DNA of 64,000 bases, from the NCBI RefSeq assembly GCF_009914755.1, contig NC_060929.1; one strand, given 5' to 3'. Source of the DNA: the human T2T-CHM13v2.0 reference genome, Homo sapiens. Positions 41,021 to 55,900 of this stretch are shown in pieces. Below the pieces are notes generated by a model, which was not told the DNA's origin, searched no databases, and saw only the letters and a program-made list of their open reading frames with translations. The first letter of the stretch is position 1. Each line of letters starts with the position of its first letter. A program made the translations under genes and the position numbers.

Positions 41021-44000
41021 TGAATGCAACTGGCAATGAATATTACAGTAATTCAATGATTTACGAAAAAAATGAGAATACCAATATCAAGTTTGCAGAT
41101 GTAATAAAAGATATGCTTTAATTCACAAATAGTTGGAGGTTTTATTTTTTAATTTGTTTTTTCTAGTTTTCCAATTGTGGCCAGGTAAGATGTATTATAC
41201 AATTTTTGTATTTAGAAATTTATTAAACAATTTTTTTTGTGGTCTAATCAATGATTGTTATAATTTCCCATGGATACTTAGTAAATATCCTTATTCTCTG
41301 TCTACATTTTAATCTATTGGTTTAATATCTTCATATTGTCTCTAATTTTTGTCCCTTGCTCTTTCAAATATATATACAATGCCCACACTGTTGTCAGTCC
41401 ATTTCTCCTTGTGCCTCTACCAATGTTTGCCTTACATATTTTAATTCTATGTTCATTAGCACAATGTTTATCTTTACTGTGGATTCTATCCTTTATTAAG
41501 TCACTTTCTTTTTCATGTTTAGTAATCACTGCCTTGAATCTATTTTGTCCAAAATTAATATTGCAAGCTCAGCTTTCCTTTTGTGTTTGCATAATAAATC
41601 ATCTCCCATCCATTTATTTTTAAACTTTATGGCTATATTTTATTTAACTGTTTTACTTGTTAGTAGAAAAGTTTCTAAAATGCATCTAATGAGATGTCCT
41701 TTAAAATCAGAAAAAAAACTTTCTTTATCCTATGCTTTAAAGGTATTAAAGTTAAGACAAACAATATTGTTTGCCTTTACCTATGAAAAATGAAGAAGCT
41801 AGCTTATTTTTCCTATTCTATATCTCCCTCTTCCATGTCCCAATCCTTATTATAAACATCTGGTGTTTTAGGCATACATTTTTGTTTTTATCATCTCTTC
41901 TTCAGTAATAATTTTTGACCTTAACCTTCAATTTTGTAACCATACTCTTAGCATCCAAAATAATGACTTCAACTTTATCTAATTTTTTAATAACATAACT
42001 TCACTATGCTTGAGTTTTAATTTTTATACATTTCTTAGTTTAACAGAGAGTAAATGGATATTGTTTTCCAAATCCTTATATATAGGAAAGTGTCTTTGAT
42101 GACACTCATCAAACTATAGTTAACTACTGTTGTCTAGTATTTAGTGGTACAGAGAAGTCTGATACCACCTTGATTTTTGTTCCTTGGGATATCATCTGTT
42201 TTTATCTTCTAAAGATTTGAAGGACATTTTCCTGATACTTTTAATTCTCAGATGTTTCAATTCTATATCTAGGTATTGGTCTCTTTAAATTACTTGCCTG
42301 GAATAATGTGAACCTTTCCAATGTTCGTACTTAGTTTCTTTTTTGTTGTAATGTTGGAAAGTTGGGGAAAATCTTTTTAGTTAATAGGTGTAAAGCAAAG
42401 ATCTGGTAAACCTCACAAGGGTCATTTTTTGCAAATGTTATTAACAACTAGATAAACAGTTGCAATGTTATTGATGACTGGGGAAATATGCTTAAGAATC
42501 TTGCCAGAAGGATTTTTACAGTTTATTGGTATCATGGGAAACTAGTACACTTGTAGAAATCACATTACATGTATATATCATGTGCTATAAAAATATTAAT
42601 AAATTTGACTAAGTGACCCTTCTTTTCCGAAACTATCCAAATATAAATTCTGAACGGTGAGAAAAACAGTATACATAAAATGTGTTCTGTGATATATTTA
42701 CAGTAAGAAATATTCAAAGTAACCCAAAAATTCATCAGTAATATAATGCGTAAATTGCAGTACATCTAAATTATGGAACATGATTCAACCATTAAAAACA
42801 ATGCTTACAAATGGCATTATTTGAGAAATGTGGGAACCCGTTGGTGATATAATGCCATGTGAAGCATACCAAATACAGAATTGAGTGTAACATGATTTTA
42901 GTTATGCAAATGATAAAAGGTAACGTATAAAAGACTGTAGGTGAATAAATAGTATTAGCTTAGAGTAACGTACCTGAGTGATTTTTTTAAATACAATTTT
43001 TATAAACTTTCTGGAATGTCTTATTTCTAACATAAATGAAAATGATTGTTTACTCACACACACACAAACCCAGTTTTGTCAATAGCTAGAAAATATGACC
43101 ACATATTAAGTTTACTTCAAATAAACCTAATCCCTAAAATTTGTTAAATAAAATGCAGATATTTCTAACTTTAAAATAATTCATTTCAATAAAATAAGAT
43201 TTGAAGCATTTTAATTTTCAGACTATGAAGAACAAGTTTTTCTATTTTGGAAAGTTAGGTACTAGAAATAACCTAGAAATCATTTACATTATTCCTGGGC
43301 ATTTGTTTGCACAGGGACACAAATTTATTTTTAGCACCACGTACTCTACCCTGGGCCACCTCACTTAGTCACCCACTCACAGTCTGGAGAACCAGTATCA
43401 TTCACTGTGCTACTTTTTTTGGTCTGTTTTTCAATCACAAAAATATTTTACATGTTATTTTCACAAAGAATCCACAGAATAGTATTCAATCCTTTAGGCT
43501 TCCAAAAGAGCAAGAGAGAGACCCAGAAATAACATCAAAAACAAAATCAAATAAACAAAACCAAAATATTCCACAAAGAAGTAGATCCTTAGCATCTAAA
43601 AACAGATAAAGGGCCAAAGAGTTGGTGATCTAAATATTGTAGCTGGTATTTGCCATGCAAATGAAAATAAGAGTGCTGTGACTGGCTGGTGATTTCTACA
43701 AAAGGCGAACTTTTCATATGGAAGCCATGAAACATGGGAAGTCTGATAGGTAACAAGGGAGAAGCAACCACTCTTGCCAAATAAATGTTTTATGTGCAAG
43801 AGAAGTGCAAAAGGACTCTGATAAAAACAATTAAAATTTCATTAAAAGTATTAAAATACTTTAGGAGGTGGCCTTTGATTTTTCACTGTTAATTTTCAGA
43901 ATAAGCAGCCATGTTTAATGGTGCAGAAACTGAGCTTCTTGCATTCTGTATTTAGCTTAACCAGAAAAGGTAGATAACAAGAAAGAGTGTAACATAAGCA

Positions 44001-44730
44001 ATTTGTTTCGAGAAAAAAATCTCTGGGTGATACATTCACATTTGTACGTGCATCCCAAATAGTAGGTGCCTTCTATGTGCCTGAGGCTAAGACGTACTGA
44101 TTCATTATTACACAAAAGTCACAATTTAGTGCAATTACCTCTCAAAATGAGTTATTAAAAAAGTTAAATAGCATAAAAACTTTCTGTTGAAAAATGAAAT
44201 ATCATTGAGATATTTTAGCATTCATGTTATATGTTCAGCTCTCAAGAAGCATTTATTGTCTTCGTATGAATTTCAGAGGTTGGGTAAATTTTTACTAGAG
44301 CAATAAATCAGCGTTACAGCCACATGGTCAAACTCTAGGTGTATATGTGAGCTTTTCCATTAAATATACTCCCTACCGCCAACACACAGACAAATAACAT
44401 TTAGCCAAATACTTAATAAAATAACCTTAAAGAGCATTTCGAAATACCATAGTTTAAAGAGAAACACAAGGAAAAGGTGTTAGAAATATTAACATTGTCT
44501 CCGCTTTCACAAGTTGTAAACCATTATATATTCTGGTCATTCCCTACTTTCTCCTTTTTGACCTAAAAGATGGAAGCCTTTGTCTCTTTCCAATAAATGA
44601 TTTAATTCATTGTAAAAATCCCAGGGCTTCTATTTGAGAGTCTAGGTACAGTTCTTACTATTCTTACTAACACCTAGTAAGATAAACTGGATAATTATAG
44701 TCATCCCTTAGGAAAAACTTTTTTCCCCTC

Positions 44731-45090
44731 TGTGGTAGGCAGAATGGCCCCTCAAAGATATCTATGTCCTAATCCCCAGAGCCTGTGAATGTGGGGCTTC
44801 TAAATCCTGTAAGCCTGTGAAGCTTAGGGCACCCCTCACTGATTCCTACAACTACAAGAAACTGAATTTTGCCCAGAACTTAAATAAGCTTGAAAGTGAA
44901 TTCTTCTCAGAGCCTCTAGGTAAGAGTCTGGCAGGCCCACACTTTAATTTCAACCTTGTGAAACTTGGAACAAAGAAATCAGCCCAGCAATCCCAGACTT
45001 CTGACCTACAAAACTGTGAGATAATAAACTCATTGTTTTAAGCTGCTAAATTTGTGGTAATTTGCTATGGCAGCAACTGAAAACTAATAT
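44731..45090 (+). mobile_element. MLT1D-like LTR with internal deletion
   Basis: tgtggtaggcagaatggcccc..gtcctaatcccc; gacttctgacctacaaaactgtgagataataaa..aaactaata. Confidence 0.82.
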
Positions 45091-45769
45091 TCTCCCACTC
45101 CTGCTCCTAAATGACTATTTCATTTTGGATAATAGTTTTTCATGAGGTATCTAGAAACTAGTAAACTACGGATCCTAAAACGTTACTGTACTTGGCCTAT
45201 TGCAGTATGTACTTGCTAATTCTATCATTTTGGTTAAAGCAATTCTTCTTCTGGTTAAAAATAAATTCCATGTTTTACAAAGCTAAGTGTTGTGGTTCCC
45301 CTGGTCTCATAGCTCTTTTAGTGGCTTTGAATTGTGCCTTGTGTGAATAGTTTTTTCCCTTCCACAGTTAAGAGGAGGGAAGCACAGGGAGGGGAAGAAG
45401 AATGGCACACACTGCATCTTTTCTTCGGCTATTTTGCCAGCCAGGCCTCTAACTCTGCCTTCCTCTCATTCACAAAGGAATGGCCCTTTAATTGTTGACA
45501 AGGTCCCACCAATTCCATCTAGACTGTAGTGAAGCTAGTTCCTATGGCAGGGAAAATATAAATACAACTGAAACCATAATCTAGGATTCACCATTCATAT
45601 CAACTTGCTGATGGTCTCTATTTTGACCTTGTACTCTGATTCAAAGTAATTAGGATCTAGTTTTAATCCTTGTGCCAAAAGAGAGTTCATTTCTTTCTTC
45701 TATTTGCTAGATTCCCTGACTCGGTTCCCATCCAACTGGATCTGAATGTCTCAAGAGACTAGGGCTCAC

Positions 45770-46072
45770 ATTTTTTTAAAAAACTTTTAGGTTCAGGGGT
45801 ACATGTCCAGGTTTGCTATATAGGTAATTTCATGTCACAGGGGTTTGTTGTACAAATTATTTCATCACTCAGGTACTAAGCCTAGTATCCAGTAGTTATT
45901 TTTTCTGATCATCTCCCTCCTCCCACCCTCCATCCTCAAGGAGGCCCCAGTGTCTGTTGTTCCCCTCTTTGTGTCCACATCTTTTAATCATTTAGCACCC
46001 ACTTATAACTGAGAACATGTGGCATTTGATTTTCCGTTCCTGCATTAGTTTGCTAAGGATAATGGTCTTCAG
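45770..46072 (-). mobile_element. L1PA15/16-like 3' end
   Basis: ggttcaggggtacatgtccagg...ttagtttgctaaggataatgg. Confidence 0.88.
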
Positions 46073-47264
46073 TAGAGCTAACATTCTTGAGAGTTCTTTC
46101 CTCATATTAATTCTAAGGGACTGTATCTGCCACTGGACTTCCATTTCCACTGCTGAGTCTGCACTACCTGCAGTTGGATTCCCTTGATATCAACAGTTAG
46201 TTCAACTGCCTAGATCACCATTTTTTTATTGCCATCTACTCCTGGTGCATAGTTTTTCCTACCTGTAAAGCATTCCCACTGTTCATTTTATACCATCCTA
46301 ATGGTGACTACTTGCATGTACCTCTGCCTATTACCTGTACCAGTCTATAAGCTCTCCAAGGCAGATCTACTTCCTGCCAATGGTCTGCTGTGGGACCTCT
46401 CTCATCTGCTTCCTCTATCATCCTAGAATGGCCCTGTCTTAGAATCCAAAGCACACTTGTTCTGATTGCATAAGCACAGCACTTCTATTTAAGAAGTTCT
46501 TTAAAACGTCTTTGTCACAGAACAGATTACAATCATGGAGGTAGAGCTTTGCATCAATAGCATGAATCATTGTAATTTTAGTTTGTGTGTTGATTTTTCC
46601 AGGAAGAAGGTCATCACTACATACTCATCTTCTAAAAATATCATATCCCATATACGTCAGTAAAAAGTTTACACAAAAAAGCACATCTCCTCTGAAAGAA
46701 CTTAAAATTTCTGGTTAAGCATATTTAAAATTTGTTTCATTGTTTCACCTTTTTCTTTTGAAATTTACAGAAATTAAACTCATAAGAAGAAACTTAAAGT
46801 CAAAAAATTCAGTTTTTTTCCCTTAACACTATTGTTAGCACAGATCTGAAACAGTATGCATCTAATATAACATATTTCAAAAACTTCTTAAATTTTATCT
46901 AGAACAAATTGTTTATTGTTTCACCCAAAATTTTAAATTATTTCACTATCTCATAGTTTTTACTATTTTAGGGTGATATGCCTTCACATACTGCAGCACA
47001 TTCTTTTGGATATTCTCAAAATAATAAACTTTCATCCTGAAAGAGTTAGTTTATTTTTTGGAAGCAGACAAAATTCATTTGGTATAGTGTTATGAAATAC
47101 TGAGTAATAAGACTAGATAACATATTTTGAAGTAAAAAATTTAAATATGACAGTTGTTCACATAAAATGGCTTTGAATTTAATTTCAAAAATCATAGCAT
47201 TAAAAAATGATATAATTGAGATGTTTTAGGTCTTTATATATTTTTAAATCAACCTTTTGAATTC

Positions 47265-48180
47265 ATTATTTTCATTAATTAATGCAAGCTTTTTAATTCA
47301 ACAAATATTTGCACCTACTATAGATGTGACATTGTGCTCAGCAGACCTTTGTTCTTCTTCTCAGGAGCTTATAATCTTGGAGGTGAAAAAGACAATGACA
47401 TATATATTTACCAGTGTGATAAAAATTAGAAAGGGGAAAAATAAGGTGTCCTTTACAGAGTTAAAAAAGGTTTCCTCAAAGTAACAAATATTCTTCAGGC
47501 TGAGACCTGAAGAATCAGTCATAGGGAGGCCAAAAAACCAAACAAACCAACCAACAAAAAACAAAAAAACAAAGAAAGAAAAAGTAACGCAACAGAATTA
47601 AAAGTATTACAAATTAAAAGAATTAAAAAGTAAAGACCATAGGGTGGGGAGGGGAGTGACAGAATACAAGATATATTAAGAAAAGTCAACATGGCTGAAT
47701 CACAGGGATTTCAAAGCGTGGCCTGAGATGATTTTATCATAGGATCAATATGAAGTTATCAAAAAGTTTTGAGAAAGTAAGCACATGATTATTAGATGTA
47801 ATATTTTTAAATAGATAACTCTGGTAGCTCTTTGAGAAAATGAAATAGACAAGAGATAAAGCAAGAGAAGATGCCTTCTGGAACAGCACAAGTGAAAAGT
47901 GGAGGAACTTGGGCAGTGGTGGAGAAGAAATGCAGATGGACTCAAAATGTATTTCAAAGTAAAAACTGCCAGGATTTGATGAAGGCCAATCAAAAGGGGG
48001 TTAGGAAGCAGGATTATCATGGATGGCTTCTGGATTTCTAGCATAAGCATTGCAGTAGTGCAATGAAATACAGGTAACAGGGTATCAATCAAGTTTGAGG
48101 GAAGGAGTGAAAGACAGGCATGGGAGAAGCATAAGTTAATCTAGAATATGTAAAACATTCAGCGAGAATATTTACTAATA
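47265..48180 (-). mobile_element. L2 fragment
   Basis: ttcaacaaatatttgcacctacta.., purine-rich antisense L2 body. Confidence 0.65.
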
Positions 48181-48275
48181 ACTATTTTTAGAAGGTATTT
48201 CCAGAAAGGAAATTTCACACCCCCTAATTTGTTTAGTAGGTTTATTGACTTTGTGTGTTAAATTAATGTGTTCTA

Positions 48276-48509
48276 ATGAGAACACATGGACACAGGGAGG
48301 GGAACATCACACACTGGGGCCTGTCAGAGGGTGGGGGACAAGGGGAGGAAGAGCATTAGGACAAATACCTAATGCATGCAGGGCTTAAAACCTAAATGAT
48401 GGGTTGGTAAGTGCAGCAAACCACCATGGCACATGTATACTTATGTAACAAACCTACGCGTTCTACGTATGTATCCCAGAACTTAAAGTAGTAAAAAAAA
48501 AAAAAAAAA
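48276..48509 (+). mobile_element. L1PA 3' end, 5'-truncated
   Basis: gagaacacatggacacagggagggg..aacttaaagta plus A tail; TSD gtgttctaat. Confidence 0.92.
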
Positions 48510-50759
48510 GTGTTCTAATTTAAGTCCCTCTTTTATATATTTTTTCTGTATTACAGAAAAAACAATTGACTACCATCTTAGGTGTGTAATTACAGCATCA
48601 CCATTAGTAAACTATGAATAAGAATGTATGGTTTCTGTAACTCTTGCATAAATTCTATTGTGGTACCTACCGTATTATATTGAGATTTTGTTTTCAGTCC
48701 GAAAATAACACTAAAGGGACAGGCCTGCTTTCTTCCTTTGTATATGTAGTGCTTAGCAGTGCCTGACATGAAATCGGTAGAAGCTGGCTGAACTTAATAT
48801 ATTATGATGATATGTTTTGTTTCTGGCTAAAATAAATGATATGTCATTTATAGAATTAATAAGTATCTTAAATCTAAGGTAGCTTGTGCTATTTTATGTC
48901 AAGTAAGTGTATCAAGTTCTCAGAAAACAAAGTGACAGAAGTCAATGTAGTTGATACTTGCTTCACTATTTTCTAAACAGGCTTGGATAGTCTTAAAGGA
49001 CATTAAAGTACAATAAATTACACAACCTTTATGTTAACATTCAATGTTAAGTTATGAACATGAATCAATGGTGCTATTAAATATGAAATGTCAACTGTTT
49101 TTAGTATCATTTCATCCGAATAGTAATTTGACTACTGTAACATGCCCACATAATTCATTTTCAAGATCAAGTTCTAATACATGGTTGCCAATCACATATA
49201 TCCATTAAGTTAACATGGTTTTAAACATCATTTTGAAAATGGAGCCATAAAATAATCATTTATTTCATTGTGAAACCACTACTGATGAGTACTTAACTAG
49301 ATAAGATTAGATGCACTGTTTAACAAAATAAAATTTAAGGCAAAAGGCATTAGTAGATACAAAGACGGTCTTTAGTCAATAATGAAAGGAACAATTTACA
49401 AGCAAGTTATAACAATCTTTAATCCATACAGCAATATAACTTCAAAATTCATCAAGCAAAACTGACAAAATTGCAAAGAGAAATGAACAAATCAATAATC
49501 ACAGTGAGAGATTAGGAGACCTCCTAGAAACTGATTTATTAAATAGACTAAAAATCAGATTTTCCCGCAATTCATTTAATGGACACTTATAAAACCCTGT
49601 ATTCACAAATTAAAAATACACATTTTTTTCAAGCACTCTTTTAACCTGAGACTTGGCAAGTGCCAAGTTGAGTGTAGTGGAATGTAAGATACTATTTCTA
49701 AGTTTTTGGTAGTACCGAAAAAGAAAGAAATTATTATTTAACACTGTAAGGTAATATGTAGAATCAAGTATAATACAGAGTAGTAAAAACACAGCTATGG
49801 GGTAAAATCACCGTATGATGGCCTTTCTGACTCCTTAAATTGCATTAAGTGGAAAGTAAAGAGAAATATCTCTGAAGGAAATAAACAACATTCTGGTTGG
49901 AGGTGAAGTTATCATAAGTTGTAGTACATTTCATTGCCTTGGTAAAAATATTACATATTCTTTCTATGTTTGTGAGAAACTTGCATATTTATGCCTAAGC
50001 AGAGGCATTGCCACCTATCCTCCACACACTAACACCTTGATGTAGCTCAGGTCAGTTAAGTTGGTCATGAGGGCAGGCTCAACCGTCTTCATATTACCTG
50101 GGAGACTAGTGCTCTACTAAAGGCATAGATAGGTCAGAACACAGCTTATTGTAAATGGTAGAGAATTCACAGAAAGGGGAAAACAACCACACATTGGTTT
50201 AATTTCATGGGAGACAGTCTTGGTTAAGCCACATCTTGAAGAAAAGTTAAAGTGATGTAAAGGAATAAAAAACAATTCAGATTAGAAGAACAACATAGAT
50301 ATGCACAAAGGAAGCAATGATTTTGGAACTACAGAAGAAAGGAAACTGTTCTCTTCTGGGTAATGTGGGGAAAGTAGAGTTGGATTCATGATATGAGCCC
50401 AATTACTGGGAATTGAATACTATGACATATTTGATTCAATGAGTGATAGAGAATTATTACATCTTTCCAAGACATTAATCAACTCAATAACATGATGATA
50501 GTGATATTTCTCTGGCAGTAAAAAGAAGAGGAATAAGGGAAAATTGAAGGCAGAGAAACCAGCATTTAAAATGATGCAGACTGCCAGGTTAGGAAGAAAA
50601 GTAGACAGAGATAGCGATACAGAGAAATGAAGGCAAATAGAACAGAAGGTAAGAGAAATGATCAAGCCGGGTTTCAGACAATGTAACATTATGGTTTTCA
50701 AAAAAACAGAGGAAGAATAAGGATCCTGTGTGACACTGGTCAGTTACTGAAACTCTACA

Positions 50760-50900
50760 ATGGTTCCTCCTTCAGATAATGTGTATATTAATAGCACCTG
50801 CCTTATAGAGTTGCTGGGGGATTAAACGAGTTAATATAGATGAAGCAATTAGAACAATGTCTACCACAAAGTAAGGTATCAATAAATATTGGCTATTATT
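50760..50900. mobile_element. MIR fragment
   Basis: atagcacctgccttatagagttgct..gattaaacgagttaata..caataaatattggctattatt. Confidence 0.7.
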
Positions 50901-51526
50901 TTCATTACTTAGTTGAATTTGAGTTGATACACAATTAGAGGTATTTTAGAGACCAGTGAGAAACATACAACTGAAACACAGATGAAAAGACAAGGCTGGA
51001 TAAATATCTTTGGTATTTTTGCCATCCTTGCCCACTGCCACTGTCAAAATCAAGTTTTTTCATCATCTTGTTGATGATTGTTACACAACCCCATTTGTTT
51101 TTTTTTTCTGTTTCTTCTCCCTCAGATCCATCTTTTAGGCTGCCAACAGTTATCTTTTCATAAGCATAAATGTATTCAAATCACTTCTTCAAGTGAAAAC
51201 TTTAAAACAAATGAAGATACCTCATTTCCTATAGGAGAAAACACAAACTATTCAGAATAGTATAGTGTACATATTATAATCTTTTGAGTGTTTTTCTCTC
51301 CTTTGAGTCAATGAAGTTCTCAAGTGAAAGAGCTGTGCCTTATTACTACTGGAATCTCTTGCACCTAGGTGCACAGTAGCTGTTATAAATGCATTCACTG
51401 AAAGCTGTATAAACATACAGAATCATAATTTTATGGTGCCAAAAACTTGCAAAAAGTAGGTATTCAAAAAAGAATTTTGAGGACATAAAGCAAACAAGTT
51501 TAGAAGTCAAGAAAGAATATAATTTC

Positions 51527-51850
51527 AGACTGCGCATGGTGGCTCATGCCTGTAATTTGGCAATTTGGGAGGCCCAGGTGGGAGGACTGCTTGCATCCAG
51601 TTCAGTCTTGGAAACATAGTAAGACCCTATTTCTACAAAACCAAACCAAAACCAAAACCAAACCAAAACAAAACAAAAATTAGCTAGGCATGGTGGTGCA
51701 TGCCTATAGTCCCAGCTACTAGGAAGGCTGAGGTGGGTGAATCACTTGAGCCCAGGAGGTCAAGACTGCAGTGAGCCATGACTGCACTCAGCCTGAGTGG
51801 CAGAGTAAGACCCTGTCTGGAAAAAAAAAAAAAGAAAAAAAAAAAGAAAG
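51527..51850 (+). mobile_element. AluJ with (AAACC)n-expanded linker
   Basis: Diverged dimer; TSD aagaa(t/g)ataatttca. Confidence 0.88.
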
Positions 51851-52979
51851 AAGATAATTTCAACTGGAAGATTAAAAATCTTGAATGATACACTGATCAA
51901 AAATTTTTACAGAGGAAAAGATACTGAATTTCAGTTAAACTAAAAAAAAATTAATTGTGGGCTTATATACCAGACACTGGCAGAATATAAATAAATAAGA
52001 CAAGATTATAGTCCTAAAGGAATTAATATAGAGTGGGAACTGTATACAAACTAATAAGAAGAGAGATTCACAAGAAGCCCATCCTGGAAGTTTTAAGAAT
52101 GCTTCTTTGAAATTATTATTCTACAGCTTAGTGTTTAAGGTAAGAATTAACCAGGCAAAAATGGAATGCTTATTGTGAGGCTTCAGTGTGGAAGCTAGAT
52201 TACAATATATGAAGAATAAAGTAGGCTGCAAGGACACAGAGGAAATGGCTGTAGACCAATCATTTTAAAATGCTAGATAAGAAAGACAGTAAAGAAATCA
52301 AAAGGTAGTTAAAATGAACAAGACAGTAAAGTGGAGGTTTTGTCCAGATTTGGAAAGAGTGCAAGAGAAAGATAAATTAGGAGATCAGGGTCCCTAAGAA
52401 ACATGAAATTCTAAGGCTAGAGCAAGAGGTATGCTAGGAAAGGAAGAGGGCACCTCTTCTGGAACAGTAAGGAGGATGAGATTATCATCACCTACTGGAG
52501 AAGAAAGCAGAAATGAGTTGAGGTGAAAGCAGTGTATCCATGCATCTCATTCCAAATGTTCTCAGTTTTCTCTGTCAAGAGATATGAAGTTATCAGCTGT
52601 TATTGAGAGGAAATGGAATAGAGAGCATTTGGAAAGAAGATATTTGAAACAGATGCATGAAAAGTTATCAACTGATCAGTGAAGAGCAGTACTGTCAAGG
52701 CATATACAGAGCCAAGTTTATGTTGGAAATGTACACCTAAAAGGAAAAAGTTTATTTGATGAAAAAAATGTTCCTTAGTATGGAGGAGGAAGTGATCATA
52801 GATAAAAAGGCCAGATGTGAAAATTAATACTTTATATAATACTATTTTATAAAGCAGTATTAATTAATTTTTGTTTTAAAACTACCATCTTCAAACTACA
52901 AAATTCAGTGACTGATTAATCAATTTATCTACACAGTCCACATCAGCCACAATTTTCTAAGTCTGAACTTTGTTTTCAA

Positions 52980-55900
52980 GGAAAATTATATTGCAGATAT
53001 TTAAGTTCTAGAGCAATTGCTAAAAACAATAAAGACGTATACCTAACAGTAGAGAGAAAATGAAATAGTAAAAATTAATACTAAAAAGGACAAAGATTAG
53101 ATAGTATAAATAAATGGAAAACAAAATGAAAGATAATTCAAAAATAAAGATTTTTAAAAATTAAATATAAGTGGTCTAAACACTGCAATAAAAAGTATAG
53201 ATTTATAGTGGATTACAAAACCAAATCAACATATGCTGCTCCAAGAAACAACTTTATGTATAAGACAAATTTAATATTAATGGCATAGAAAAGAATATAC
53301 CTGCAAATATTATCATAAGAAGCAGGGTACTTGTATAAATACCAGATAAATTAGACTTCAGGACAAGGAATAACAGAAAAAAATAAAGACAGCTGTAGAA
53401 TAATAAGAGAGTAAATGGATCAAAATGACAAAACAATATTAAATGTTTTATATCTAACTAATAAGGTTTAAAGTGCATGAAACAAAGATTATCAGACTTG
53501 AAAAAAGAAATAGACAAGTTTGCAATTATAGGTAGAGATTTTAACATTTCTCTCTCAACAACCGATAGTAGACAGAAAATTAGTGAGAATATAAAATACT
53601 AGAACCAATCTCTACATCAGCTAGATCTAGTTGAATTTACAAAATACTACACTCATAAATAGCAGAATATACATTCTTTTAATGTGTATTCTTGAAGCAT
53701 TCACCAAAATAGACCATATTCTGTGCCATAAAACAAGTCTCAATAAAATTTAAAAGACAATATATACAAAGTATGTTATCTGACCATAATATAATTAAAC
53801 TAGTACTAAAAAACATAATGCACCTGAAAAATCTCCAATCATTTGGAATTAAAAAATACTCCTCTAAACAACATATAGGTAAAAGACAAAATTGCATGGG
53901 AAATTAAAAAAAATTATAATGAGTAATAATGAAAATATAATATATCAAAATTTGTGGGGTAAAGCTAAATACTGGGAGAGTGAGTATTACTCTGACAGTA
54001 AAACCAGAAAAGGAAATGTAAGAAAAGAAAACACAGTCAACATCCCTCATAAATGTAGACACAAATATCTTTAGCAAAATATGAATTTAGAATCCAACAA
54101 CATATATTTAATAAGAAGGACAGCAGGGTTCTGTTACGCCATGTAAGAACTTGGAAGTCACCACCCTGACCTAATAAAAAGTAAAAAGCTGAACAAACTG
54201 AGAACCCAACAACCCTGTGTTAGATCCAGTGAACAGATGAGGTCACAAGGCAAACCACTGCCCCCAAAACTGGAGAGACAAACAGGTAGATACAGACAGG
54301 CAATTTACCTGAGCAAAACTCATGAGAAAAAACATCCCCTGGAACCAGTGCTAGGTTAGGAAAACCTAAACTGTAACTGATTAACTGCTGGAGGTTCATT
54401 GTAGACAAATCTGAGAGTCAATAATTCTAGGGTAACTCAGTCACAGGGGGATCTCTAAATGCTTGTGTTTTGTCTCTGGGGACTGGACAAGGTTCTCACA
54501 GTAAATACTGGAGAGTACTCTCCTTGCTTCTGGCAAGGGAAAAGGAAAAAGAACCATTCTGAAATACTCCAGAGCATTCTGTTCTTAACAAGGCCTGCCC
54601 TCAAGAGAAACTAACCGGAGCCTCACCTGCTATGGTTTTATCAGAGCCTAACTGCCTAAGATAACAAAAATACTCAAATCCAGCCCACTCTAGCCAACCT
54701 TTCCCACCTATGGAGTAGTGTGAGGTCAACAGAGAAGCACTTGCAAATTTCACAGTCCACAGGCACAGGCTCACTAAAACACTGAGTCCTAATCATAGGA
54801 CTATGAAGAACATTTCCCCTCTCTTCACAAGTTACCACCACATTACTGAAAGCCTATTTACAGCAGTTCCTTTTACCCAGGATATCATGTCCAGCTATCA
54901 AGAAAGAATCACAAGGCACACTAAAAAGCAAAAACCACAGTTTGAAAAGACAGAACAAGCACCAGAATCAGACTCAGATAAGGGAGCGATGTTGGAATAT
55001 CAGACTGGGAATTTAAAACAACTATGATTAATATGCAAAGAACTCTAATGGATAATGCAAACAAAATGCAAGAACATATGGACAATGTAAGGAGAAAGAT
55101 GAAAATTCTAAGAATAAAAAAGAAATGCTAGAGATCAAAAACACTGTTACACAAATAAAGAATGCCTTTGATAATTTTATTACTAGACGAGACATGACTG
55201 AAGAAACAATCTCTGAGCTTGAGGATGTGGCAATAGAAATTTCAAAACAGGAAAGTCAAGAGAAAAAAGACTTAAGAAACACAACAGAATATCCAAGAAC
55301 TGTGGAACAACTACAAAAAGTGTAAATATGTGTAATGGAGATACAACAAGAATAAAGAGAGAAAGAAACAGAAGCAATAATGACTGAGAATTTCTCCAAA
55401 TTAATGTCAGACACAAGGCTCCAGAACCAGGAAGCACAGAGAACATTAAGTGGGACAAATGCTCAAAAGAAAGCAAAATCCCATCTAGGCATGTCATAAC
55501 TAGATTGCAGAAAATAGAAGATAAAGAAAAAATCCTGAAAGAAGCCAGAGATAACGCACACACACACACACCCCTTACTGATGGAGAAACTAAGTTAAAA
55601 ATTACATCTGAATTATCAGAAACCATGCAATCAAGAAGAGAGTGATGATAAGTAATTACAGTAAGGTGTCAGGATACAAGGTTGATATACAAAAGCCAAT
55701 TGATTTTCTATAAGCCACCAAAGAACAAACAAAATTTGACATAAAAAAACACAGCACTATTTACATTATTACCCCAAAAGATGAAATACTTAGGTATAAA
55801 TCTAATAAAATTATGTATAAAATTTTACATGAGGAAAGCTACAAAATGCTGATGTGAAAGAAATCAAAGAACTAAATAAATGGAGAGATATTCTATGTTC